Source: Lepidodermella squamata
Lineage: Eukaryota > Animalia > Gastrotricha
Length of the DNA: 64,000 nucleotides
NCBI GenBank assembly: GCA_047495785.1
Contig: JBLDXI010000021.1
Span: 2,542,001-2,606,000 of the forward strand
Direction: 5' to 3'
In this document: positions 52,581-64,000 of the stretch, in pieces
Position numbering within the stretch: position 1 is the stretch's first letter
Layout of the letters: each line of letters begins with the position of its first letter
Position numbers and translations under genes: made by a program
The notes under the pieces: model-generated
Told to the model about the DNA's origin: nothing
The model's input: only the letters and a program-made list of their open reading frames with translations
The model's database searches: none

Positions 52581-53170
52581 CAATTTCACCATTAATTTAC
52601 CATCATCGAGAATTTTCGTCCCAAAGAGCCGACAATATGGGTCTCATGGCAAGCTCCTTCTCGTGGGTCTTGGGCAAACCTCTGAGGTGCACACGTCTGG
52701 CACCCTTGCTGTACACCAGTTCGGCAATCGCCTTACAGCTTCTTTACCGTCTCGTTTAGCTGTTTTTCACGCTCGAGGGTGATAGAATTACAGAAATCTT
52801 ACAAGAAGAACTGAGGTCAAAATTGGATTGCTATCTCAAAACAGAGTTTACTGCGCAGATCAAACGAGCACGATCGGTTTGATCACCATTCCGTTAAATG
52901 ACCTGTCTAGTCATTATAGGACGGGTACATTGGAAGCACAACGCGATTGAGTCCGGATTCCGAAAAGGAGCTGAAGAACATGTTTCATCGATGTACATTT
53001 CCTGCAAAGATAGCTCGGCCCCATGTTTGCCGAGTGCCTTACTTTGCACTCCCGAAAAAGATATCCAGGGAAGATTTCATGGCGGCGTTTGAGCGCGGGT
53101 ACTGGGAGTTGTACTGGGAATCGGAGGACAAGCGACTTCTCGAACTGGCTGTGAAGGACCAACTATCTTT

Positions 53171-56100
53171 TCTTTATATCTTTATTTCTCTATTTCTTTA
53201 CTTCTTTACTTCTTTACTTCTTTACTAGAAAAATCGTCTTTACTGAAAAATCGTATTTGTGTACATACCTACCAACAACAACAACTGTTTACTTTCTTGG
53301 CAAAAATAACAAATTTGACTACCTATATTTATTGTTGCCAGCTTACACTCTCATTCTGAAAATTATATTTTATTTCATCGTCGAGCATTTATTGCGCCTA
53401 TATATAATAGAAAAAAATGATAATAAATTTCAAACGATGAGGAATTATTTGCGTGTACGTTTTTTTCGGCGAGAAATTAGGCAACAATTGAAAAGCAGGC
53501 TTTCATTCACAAAATAAGGAATATGTACAACAATGCCGAAGAATCGAATGTTCGAGATCAAGAGGTGTTCTTTTACAGCAGCAGTCATGCAGCAGCAGCA
53601 GCAGCAGCATGTAAAGCATCGCTGCGCCAGAAATGTTGGGCCTGTCCTTTATTTTTCACAAAACAAGTCGAAACCCCGTCTTATATGTGAGACCGCCCTT
53701 TATTTGAGGCCTGACCTTAATCGAACCATTCTCAGCTCATCACGCGGTACAACGCATCCAGTCGCCTCTGAATCGACCTCTAAATAGATCGGCATATGCT
53801 CAGTTTTTTAACCCAAAAGGAGAACGCGATGATGATGATGATGACGTAATATATAATTCGAATTCCGAATTCCTTTAAACTATTTCGAAAGTTATCAAAA
53901 TATATCATAAAATGATGATATTTATTTATTTATTTATTTAGAAGCTATGACACCCAAGAGAGGGCAGCTTGACAATGTTTGAAGGAAAAAGCAACAGATA
54001 ATTTCAGGACAGGTTCAGATTTAGGACAGGAAAAGTGAGCACAGTGAGACGAAACAAAGGTTTGGACCATTCATCGTTTTAATATGTAGCAGTGATCAGT
54101 CAACAATTTGGATCAGTAGTACATAGTGTGTAAAAATAATAAAGATAATATTAAAACAAAATCTCAACAACTTCATAAAAGGCAGTAGCAGCTCATAATA
54201 GCTTCACAACAGTAAAAAAAAATAGAGTGCAATCAATTTATTAAAGTGCTAAACTAGAGGCATTTTTGTTGTAGAAAAAAGCGTGAGCAATTGAACGGCA
54301 TATGTCAGCTGACTCGGCCTGCCGTGCCTCAATAGGCAGTTGATTCCACAGTTCGGGACCTCTGTAACTCAGACTAAGCATTTCTCGGTTTGAGTCGCAT
54401 TTCGGCTTGAACATGGGTTCGGAATTTCGAACCTCGTATCGGGGAGGCGGGTTCAGACAAAAAAGCGCTTGCATTGCAGCCGGTGCTTGCTTGTTAAGGC
54501 ACTTCCATATGAAGGTGGCCAGGTGGATGGCGTGTTTTTGTTCCACGTCAACCCAGCCAAGGCGATGTCGCAGTGGTTGAGCATCAGCGAGCGGATGAGC
54601 GCCACAAATAACTCGAACTGCTCGGTCTTGCGTCGATTGAAGCCTGGCCAGTGTGGTCGGGGCAGCTTGGCCCAAGGTCAGGTCACCGTAATTCAAGTGA
54701 CTAAATATCAAACCATTGGCCATTAAGATAGCAGTCCTACGACTTACGAACTTCGAGGCCAGCTTGAGAGCAAACAAACCTCTTCTTGCTTTGCTTTTGG
54801 CACCATTTATGTGCTTCTGGAAAGACAGTTTATTGTCGATCGTAAAGCCAAGTGTTACCATTGCACTTGAAGGCTTAACAATTGCGTCGCCGATTTTAAT
54901 ACAGAAATCCGGAGCCGTAGGCATCGCGCATTTCAATATCAAAAATTGCGACTTTTTACCGTTAACCTGCAAAGAGTTGGATTTCAACCAGCAACAAACC
55001 CGATTGATTTCCTGTTGAAGAACCGATCTGAGTTCGTTGACGTTCCGACTGGCGAAATAAATTGTTATATCGTCTGCGTATTGTTTGATTCCGCAGCGCG
55101 TAACGACGAGTGATAGTTCATTTACGTACACTGTAAACATAAGTGGCCCTAAAACTGAGCCCTGAGGCACACCATGGTGAATTTCTTCGAAGGCAGATAG
55201 TGCGCTGTTAATCTTTGTAGCCTGGCGGCGATCGCTCAGGTAGTTACTCAGTAGATTCAGGGCGCTTGTTGAAAGACCCGCACTTTTGAGTGACTCGATG
55301 ATGCCACCATGGTTCAACGTATCGAATGCCTTTGATAGGTCGATTGAAATGGCACCAACGACCTTGCCTTCACACATAGAACGTCTCCAGTCCTCAGTGA
55401 ATTCGCCGACACAGGTGTCTGTGGAATGCTTCTCCCTAAATCCATGCTGTGCCGGTGTCCAGAATTCGAAAAGATGCTTTTTTAGTTGGAATGACAAGCA
55501 TCGCTCAAATGTACGTGCGATCGGTGATGTTATTGATATGGGACGATAATTGCTTAGGTCAGTACGGTTTCCCGATTTGTGAAGAGAAGATACGATCGAA
55601 ATCTTCCAGTCTGAAACAAAGACTCCTTCCGCGATTCCCATGTTGAATAATCTCGCCAGATGACAGGAGATTGTGGATTTGGTCATCTTTACAACGCACT
55701 CAGGTATGCCGTCATAGCCAGTTGTCGCTTTGTAGGATAGTTTATCGATAGCTGCCTCCACTTCAGCTAGCGAGACAGACCGAAATTCGAGGTTAGGATA
55801 CTTTTTTCGGCGCCTAACAAAGCTGAGGCTCGCCGCTAATGTTTGAGCAACTTTCGCGCCGGCTTGCGCGAAAAATACATTGAAAGCATTTGCCTTTTCC
55901 AATGACTCATTTCCACCGAGCTCTTGAAAGGGTCCACCGCGTTTGGGTTTCGGTCTGAAATCATTTATCACGCGCCATATTTTGCGCGGATCTCGACCTG
56001 CTTCAGTCAGACGCTTGTGATATTTTTCTCGACGCATTTTTCGACGTATTCTTTTCCTTTCACGCCGTGATAGGGTCGGGTCAACACTGGGCTTCCGCTT

Positions 56101-57715
56101 TTTGTTTGGTTGATTGGGCTTCTACACAATCAACGGGGCAACTTCGTTGACCGCTTCCAGTATGTAGGCTTTGATAATTTTCCAATAGCTTTCACAGTCA
56201 TGAATTGCCTTCTGATCGATCGAATCTAATTTAGCTCCCAGAATGCAGTTTAAACGATTCGAGTCAATGTTGCGCAGGTCACGTATTACGCGAACATCTG
56301 CATTTTTCGTTTCAGTAACGCCACTGTTCTCAAGAACCATTGTCGTTCCGTAATGGTCGCTGAGCCCGACTACTGTCCCAGCCATTGCCACTTCCGAGTC
56401 AGGAACGTTTGACCAGAAATGATCCAGGCACTTCCCAGAAGCAGGACGTGTTACCAAGTTAGCATAGGCCGGATGCAGGCCAAAGTCATTAAAAACTTCC
56501 TTCATCGCCTCTGCAACCTTCGGGTTAAGAAGATTCCAATTGAAGTCACCAGTAATTATGTGATAGTCGGCCTTAGTTGTTAAGCATTCAGTCAAAAACG
56601 CCTAAACTTCGTCAGCGTCAGATGCTGTGAAGGTCTCGCTATCACTTGGCCTTCGGTAAATGGCGGTTAGTGCTAGAGTTTTACCAGACGGCAGCTTAAT
56701 TATGCATTGCTGATTTTCAATTTTCGTTGAAGCGATGACTCGGTCGCAAATAACATTATATAGCTTGTAGATCAACAGTCCTACGCCACCTCCGTTGGAT
56801 CGATTACGACCTTTCCAGAAACACTCATACCCAAGGTAAGGATCTTTGAGACTTAGGTTCGGTTCGAACTCATCTTCCACGTATTTCGGGGTACACCCTT
56901 CCGGTATTTTTGTTTCACCTAGCATGATAGCCATTGGTCGAATAACTTCAGCAAATTCAGCTAACTCTGGCAATTTTTCCTTGGTAAGAAGTCCATTTAA
57001 ATTCGCATGAAAACAAGTGTGAAGATCAGGTGAGAACCTTGACTCCACCAAGTTATGGTGTTCGAGAGTAGGCAGAACAGTATCTGAAGGCCCAGGGTTT
57101 GGGGACAGACCAGATATGAGGAGTAATATCAAAATAAAACCCCTTTGTCGTGAGATTTGCCGGAAAGGATTCCGAGGATTGAAGCAAAAAAATATTGCAT
57201 ACCACTTATGAGTGACGCGTTCCGTTGTTCGCCCATCGTGAATGCCATTGTAAGGATGCCATGATACATTACGCGTGGGCGACCTGATCATGATTTGAGG
57301 CCTGACCCTTATTACTATTTTGAATGACCCTTGGGCCCCGTCTTATATTTGAGGCCGACTTTTATACGAGGCTGACTAACTTTCTTTTCGGGCAGTACGG
57401 TATTTATTTACAGGCGACACACCACTATACCTAATATAGAATTATTAGAAAATTATTAATATAACAGTTTTTGCTTTTCTTTATAAAAGCGATCTTAAGG
57501 ACCGAAAATGTCATTTGCAATATCACGTATTGTCGGACATAGCGCAATCGCGCCAGCAGCAGGTCCACTAAAAGTTGGAAAGTAGTCATTTCGATATATT
57601 ATTAAAGAACTAAAACAAAAAAAATAAAAAGTCCGCCTTAAACAAATCGCCTAGATGCTACGCTCCATTAAAGAGGTAAAGAAAGTAAAGAACTATAGAA
57701 TTAAAGATATAAAGA
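53171..57715. mobile_element. Putative long copy of the (TCTTTANN)n element containing a nested LINE and pogo-like fragments
   Basis: TCTTTA array at 53171-53228 and inverted array at 57667-57715, with 57550-57715 homologous to 8942-9110. Confidence 0.5.
53921..57291 (-). mobile_element. CR1/L2-like LINE ORF2 (APE + RT), two in-frame stops, (TAAA)n tail
   Basis: HANLNGL, LGETK, GGGVGL, IYRRP, ITGDFN, CLDHFW, SDH (APE). NYRPIS, QHGFR, GVPQGSVLGP, QYADD (RT). One reading frame 57291-54241 with TAG at 56602 and 56122. Tail at 53921-53940. Confidence 0.93.
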
Positions 57716-59309
57716 AAACTATTCCCACATACGCATGGTTAAATTTTGCCATGGAGAAACACATGTTTCTCTATGGTTAGAAATATTTCTCTATGGCTTG
57801 AAACTGCCACTAATTTGGGCAGCATTTTGCTCGGAATTGGCCTCGAAACCCACAGAAAACGCATTTTCTCGAGAGTCTTAGGAAAGTCACTACTAGAACA
57901 GCGAAAACCCCAATTTTATTTAAAAGCAATTTCAATTTTAGCACGTGCAAAAACAAAACTTTGACAAAATGAGGCAAAACGAGGTCGTCGAAATCTCTTG
58001 CTGGCAGCCGTCGCGATGCAGATCCGGGTTTACCTCCGAAATCGCGGTTTTGAGCAGCAACGTTACAGGCGACAATGACTGGTTTCTCGGCGAGTCTTCG
58101 ACCGGCAAAATTGACCCATATCCATGATCATTCCGCCGCGACCTGAATACCGTTGGATAGCATGCAGCGAGCGGATGGCTTTCATTGTTGTCAGTCTTCC
58201 AAGCGACGCGATGCCTATGCTTGATTGATTTCTGTGCGAAACCGGCTGGCTGGCGATCGATTTGAGTGGATTCTTCTAGGCAAAGATTTGTTCGTGTCCA
58301 GACTCCATCGAATCAAGGCAACTGACGATTTCGGATCTTGGCTTGATGATCGGGGCTTGATATCGGCGCTCTGTTTCATGAATCTTGACTACTGATGCTT
58401 CGGCCAGCCGGAGAGCATGACGATTTCGACAACGAATGAGGGTTGGCCAAAAATCAAGTTGCAAACAAGAAAAAATTCGCCGAATGAAAAGTGATTTTCT
58501 TTTACAAACGAAGAATTGTTTTCGTGAAATTTTAAGTTGGATGTTTTATTCTCTCAAAATGGTTATTATGAATTCACCCCTATTTGCCTATTACACCCTT
58601 TTAGGGAGCCTACAGGTGTCGTGCGCATGTGGGAATAGGATTACTCTATGGCAAACCATGGAGAAATATGATTTCCCCCCGATCTGGAACCCCGAGTGAG
58701 TTTGGCTGGTTTATTCGAAACCTCATGTGCACCGCCCACTGAAACCCCTTTTTTTTATTTACATAATCTTTCGGGTGCGTACTGATGATTATAACGACAT
58801 CCTTAGTTCGTTCATATAGCGTCATACTTATTTGGTGATATTTCGTCAGCTTCTCACAAATCACCAATTTTAGTGCGAGCGGTGGGTTTTGAACCTTTCG
58901 ACGAGCCATGGCACAGCTTAACCTTATTAGTTATTGGGCACGAACTGATATGAAAGAATAGTTATCGGACCATTTTTGCCTGACCAAGACGATGCACGTA
59001 CAGTTACTATTAAGCCCAGGTTGAACATGTCTGTAACTGTAATATTGGTGCTTTTAATCGTGGCCCAAATCACTCGCCACTGCCTACAGCAAATAAAGCA
59101 CGCACGTATATCGCTTGCGTAGGTTAAGAGATGATAAAATCACATGCATCAATATCTAGCCATATTCATTCTGAACCAACCTGTAACGACAAACACGAGG
59201 GGGTGATAAAGATAAAAGGCTGCACTCATTCTCTTTTGCGAGTTTATTCGCTCAAAATCATACTCACAAGCGTCAGTCAAAAAATAATAGAAGCAATGGA
59301 TCGGAATCC

Positions 59310-61798
59310 TCAACCGAGCTTCCACGCGTGTAAATTCTGGTAAGGCTCAAACGACGCAGCACGGTACTTCTCAGCGCACGCGATAGTTGCAGCTACTGAT
59401 TTGGCATCGCCCGTGTAGCAATCCAAAATGCCTCGGCCAACTATAATAACGTCAGTGCCGCGGTCCCTTACAGCCTCTTCTGGCGTAGAGTAACGCTGCC
59501 CAACCGTATCGCCTTTCGCTGATAAGCTAATTCCGGGGGTAAATACAGCGAAATTGTTGCTGCTTTGGAAGTTGTTCAAACCGCTGATATGTTGAGCATT
59601 CTGAGCAATGACACCGGCGACGAATCCAGGGAATTGGCGAGCCATGTCGACACATGCTATGTATAAATAAATAAATAATTTATAATTGGATATACTCATT
59701 CGTCATGAATATCAAATTACACAAATTTCACAGAATATCACAGTTGGCTCACAGAAATGATAGTGGTGTTCAGAAACAGCGAAGTTTCTCGAGTTCAAAT
59801 ATTAGGTAAATTAAATTCCAGGTGCCGTGGAGAACCATGGCAATTTGATCGGTAAAACAAATTTTTGAAGATTTTTACCTCAATTTAAAACCCCTAAAGC
59901 TTGTGAAGTATCAGTAAAATACTATTATCGTAAAATGTAGTCGTCGGAGTCCGAAAAGGAACTGAAGAATATGTTTCATCGATGTACATTTACCGCAAAG
60001 ATAGCTCGGCCAAATGTCCGGATTCCACGCTAATACAATCATTACGGAGGCAGGACCGACAAAAGGGCAGGGTTGGACTCTTGGTAAGTATTGAAGACCT
60101 TTTTGCATCGATGGAAAATGCATTTTTCATGGAAGAAATTCCTTAGAAAAAAACAAAGGACTACCCCTGGATGCCGCCAGACCGTTCACGTCGTGGAATA
60201 AATCGCAATTAGGTATTTTTCTGATTACAGTAATTCGTGTAAGGCTCGGACAGTATTCTTCCGTACAGCCCATTCCGACAGTATTTTATGTACGGTATTC
60301 AGTATTAGTAGCATTTTTACGGTAAATATTCAACTACATTTTTTAGTTTTGTGAAAGTGCAAAAATTAAGACAGCAAGGTATAAGGATAACTACTTGTTT
60401 TAAACTGGTACATCTTATCCGCATGTTGCACAAATCCATTTCGAAGGTTTTGAGCAGTCCGCTCCCTAACTTCTAACAGTAATATCAAAGCTAAGAGTGT
60501 AGTGCCAAGGTGTGCAGTGCATTGCCAAGGTTGATAAATCCGTGGCTTGAAAAGGGAAAACAAAAAATCTACCGCTTACATTTAGTGTATTCATTCGTGA
60601 TCAGATTGCCGTCACAGCTCATTTGAGCGATAAGCAAAACCCCGCATGATTTATTTGGTAAGGCCGTCGACATTGCACGAACTTGATCTACTCCAGAGAT
60701 TGCATGAACAGTCACCAAATCGGCCCACTGGCAAATTCTGCCAAAAATTCGTTTAGAAGTGTTGCCAATATCGGCTAGTTTGCGATCTTCGATTATCAAA
60801 AAATTGTGTTTCTTTGCCAAATCGACAAGCTTCTTCTCCGTATCTTTATTAAATTCATCGACCAAAAAGTCGACGTGAGTCTTGATGGCGCAGACATAAG
60901 GGCCAAGAATATCAGCAAGATCCAACAACTGTTTGCATGTCTCGATGTCTGCCGCTACGCACAGGTTGGTTTTTTTAGATCGAATTATTTCGAAAAGACG
61001 ACGTCCAACGCTAACTGGTGGCGTTGAAATAATTTCAGTCGACTTGGCTGACGAGCTCGGAAGTTTGTCTACTTTGGCGCCATTCTCCTTGTCGTTAGCA
61101 GTTAAAACTTTCGGAACTTCAAGTTGAACTCGGTTGGCATGCAAAAACTGAATGGCCGAGTCTACGAGGTTTTTGTCCAAATGGCCTGTATTTTGCAACG
61201 CCACAAGCATGTCGCTAGCCTTGAAGAGGAACGTGCATGAAAGACCAGCTTGAGCAAGATTCGAAGCCCCGCCTTGCTCACGATCCAGCAACGCAACCAC
61301 ACCCACAACACGCAAACCTGCGGCCTCGACTGCCTAATAACAGGAAGCAAGCAAACAAATAAATGAAACTGGCGAAAAATATAGTAGGCTTACCTGCACT
61401 ACTTCTATAATACTAGTTCCACTAGTCACTGTATCCTCGATTATGATACAACGGTCCCCAGGCTTGAATTTACCGTCAATGAGAGTCATTGTTCCATAAT
61501 TTTTCGCTTCTTTACGCTTAACAACAAGTGGCGCGCCAAGTTGTTGGGCGGCTAAAACCGAGAACGGAAGGGCAGTGTAAGGGACGCCGCAAACAACATC
61601 GAACGAATCACGTCCGAACTCGGTCTCAATACGCTGAGCGATTTCAATACTTAGGCGATTAAGTATTTTAGGGTACGACACAAGAACGCGAAAATCGAAG
61701 TAAACCGGAACAACCATACCAGTTTTCAGCTTGAAAGAGCCACATTTTATCACGCCAATATCATGCAGGTCGGTAGCAAAACGCTCGCAAATATCCAT
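59310..61798 (-). CDS. UMPS: UMP synthase (OPRT + OMP decarboxylase)
   Basis: Exons 61798-61394, 61333-60580, 59656-59310. Motifs CGVPYTALP, KRKEAKNYGT, IIEDTVTSG, NLCVAAD, KTHVD, EDRKLADIGNT, GQRYSTP, IIVGRGI. Confidence 0.96.
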
Positions 61799-61924
61799 TA
61801 CTGAGTTTTCAGAGGATCACCAATCAGAAAATAGCCTATAAACGAATTCATGGCGTGAACTTTTGAAGCATTTTATTTAAAAAAGGTAATTAGTATCAAC
61901 TACCAGAAAGATAGCATTTCAAAA

Positions 61925-63177
61925 TCACGAGCTGATGCGCAGCAAGAAACTGAATACATTTTCAAAAATAAATTTATAGGAGGAAGATTTTTCTACGCTC
62001 TCTGTATCTCTAATCGCGGCTAAAACATCCTCTCTCCTTAACGGTAGGTCTCTCAAAAATTCCGATAGCAGATCTTGACAAGTCGTTAATTCAGTCGATA
62101 GGGCAGTTGTTGTCTGAATCTCGAATTTATTCACACAGCCTTCCTCAATCGAAAATACAGCTCTCACTGTATCGAGCGCCAGTTTGAATGAGTGGCTGAC
62201 TACGAACGGTGGCGTTTTGCCGAAAATCCAATCCCAAGTGCGATATTCTTCGCATCTGCGGTAGTAATCAACTATCAGAGTCGAATCGTTGCATAATACA
62301 TCTTCAACTGAACATGAGTCTTGTTCGATAACGGGGAGATCGAAATTTCCTTGACCTGTTTTGAGCGCTGGAGTATTCAAATAAACATCCAAAAACGCAT
62401 GTATCAAATTATCCGGGGTGAAATTAGGCGTCGATCGATCCATCGTAGAATGACATGCGTTTATCACAGGGGCTATCCGACTAGGAGTAGCCCTTGAAGA
62501 AATTATTTCCGATGGTGAGATGGATGATTTCAAGTATCTTTCCATGAGAGACAAATTGGCATCAACCAAACAGGTAAAGTGATGTAACGAAGTAAACTTG
62601 TCCAACCTCGAAAAATTTGAATTTAATTTCAAATTGGCAATTACTGACCAGGTAAGTACCTTGCAGCTGTTCCTGAAATTTTGTGACCATTTAGCAAGAT
62701 GTCGAACTTGTCAGTAATTGACAATGCAGAATGTCCAACACCACAAGACACCAACGCATCTACCAAAACTTCCAAGTTTTTTTGTCGATTATAATTATTG
62801 CGATCGTTGACGATGGAAAAGTTCACATTTCCGCTGTCGTGATAAACTGTACCGCCTCCGCTGATTCTTCTGGCAACTTCGACTGAATCATTGGTCAAGT
62901 TTTGTAGGCTGCATTCCAACCAAGGATTTTGATGACGACCAATAACGACGCAGTTTGGTTTACTGAGAACATGTGATTAGAGAACAAATTCGGAATCTGA
63001 TCATCTGCAAACCAACCTCATGTATATCATCAGAAGGGACCAACCTGGCAACACAACACAGCGCTCTGTCAACGTTGCCTCAAGCGAGAGATAGTCATAG
63101 ATTGATCCGGGATTAACGGAAATCAATGCCTCTTTTTTGAAAGCTGGCAAAATCAATCGACGAAAAAACATGGACAT
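61925..63177 (-). CDS. LIPT1: Mitochondrial lipoyltransferase 1 (lipoate-protein ligase family)
   Basis: Exons 63177-63017, 62962-62660, 62606-61925. Motifs CVVIGRHQNPWLEC, ARRISGGGTVYHDSGNVNFS, KISGTAAR, HHFTCL, WDWIFGKTPPF. Confidence 0.92.
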
Positions 63178-63419
63178 CTAGGAATAAGCACACTAGGTAA
63201 ATTCGTGCCGTTTTATTTCCATCAACTTAACATCTAGATATATCAATGCATTCAGTTTTACAAAGAGTCTTCAAGACCGATTTTATTAGAAAGACTCAAA
63301 AGGATCTACGCAACGGGTGACAAAATAAAACGAGACTGAATTTAATAAGCGTTATTTCTCGTTTCCCTCTTCGCATGAGGCTCGAGAGAGGCTTGAGAGA
63401 ATAAAATACCGAATTGAAT

Positions 63420-63859
63420 TCATTGTTTCTTCGACTGGGTTGCTACGATAGCTCCGCCGAGAAGAAATGCGACCGTTGCGCCTTGCGCAATGACACGAGC
63501 TCTGTAACAAACGCAAGTGTGATACAGACAACAAACATACAACAAAATTATTACCTCATCATTAGCTGGGAGCGGTAATGATTTCCTTGTTTCATTGAAA
63601 TCAATCCATAAGTAAGAATGGCAGCTGTGGCTAAGCAACCTGAATGAGAACTTGAGAATAAGTAGAATAATAATTAGCATCAGATCAAACCGATAGGAAC
63701 AAAAGGGTTATCATTCAGCTTGCTTTTCAGCTTTGCCATCTGCTCGGTTTCTCGCTCTTTCTGCATCTCTAAAATTTCATTTAGAGGAGCAGCGGGCAGC
63801 GATGGTAAATACTTGAATTCCCCGTGCTGAGTTGCTTGTTGCGGAATTTTATCGCTCAT
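63420..63859 (-). CDS. HIGD2A: HIG1 domain family member (HIGD2-like, 111 aa)
   Basis: Exons 63859-63691, 63639-63555, 63501-63420 give KLKSKLNDNPFVPIGCLATAAILTYGLISMKQGNHYRSQLMMRARVIAQGATV. Not visible as one ORF. Confidence 0.9.
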
Positions 63860-64000
63860 TTTAATTTATTAGTTGAAAATTCTAGATATAATTCTAGACA
63901 TGAAACATTACTAAACATAGACGCTTTTGCATGTTTGAGAGTAACATGCAAGAACTCCGGAAGCGTAAATTAGTAAACAGTATAGAAGACATTCTATTCT

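Noticed and set aside
54241-57291. Two in-frame TAGs in an otherwise unshifted LINE ORF2, suggesting TAG reassignment or readthrough
   Set aside because: AP3D1 and POR end at TAG (POR right after its conserved DVWS terminus), and all three stops are used by host genes. Nonsense mutations are the simpler explanation.
59800-59880. AG|GTAAAT, a hairpin (TGCCGTGG-AGAA-CCATGGCA) and AATTTTTG resembling an SL RNA or Sm-class snRNA
   Set aside because: The motifs are short and common in AT-rich DNA, no leader is known to compare against, and the Sm-like site lies within a hairpin.
62648-62659. TACTTACCTGG, matching the U1 snRNA 5' end
   Set aside because: It is the start of LIPT1 intron 2 and no U1 body follows.

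Overview
Eukaryotic (metazoan-type) genomic DNA from a compact genome. I reconstructed 12 host genes by hand, with 46 mostly 50-65 nt introns: SPPL3 (runs off the left edge), UBE2L3, AP3D1, SPOP, POR, a Mad/Mxi bHLH-ZIP gene, XPO7, a single-domain receptor tyrosine phosphatase with a mucin-like ectodomain, mitochondrial GrpE, UMPS, LIPT1 and a HIG1-domain gene. The genes sit in islands separated by decayed and nested transposons (several LINE clades, Penelope-like GIY-YIG remnants, hAT- and Tc1/pogo-type MITEs). The strongest unexplained signal is that all 12 genes have an apparently unpaired intron-like acceptor ending in TAG 0-37 nt upstream of the ATG, and two co-oriented clusters (HIGD2-LIPT1-UMPS and SPOP-POR) have spacers of only 126-294 nt. 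This points to spliced-leader trans-splicing and operons. Other observations: very degenerate 5' splice sites (including probable GC donors) and one GAG acceptor, an unclassified element with inverted (TCTTTANN)6 termini and no TSD, and a 2A-like motif in a LINE. All gene identities come from recalled motifs, not database searches.
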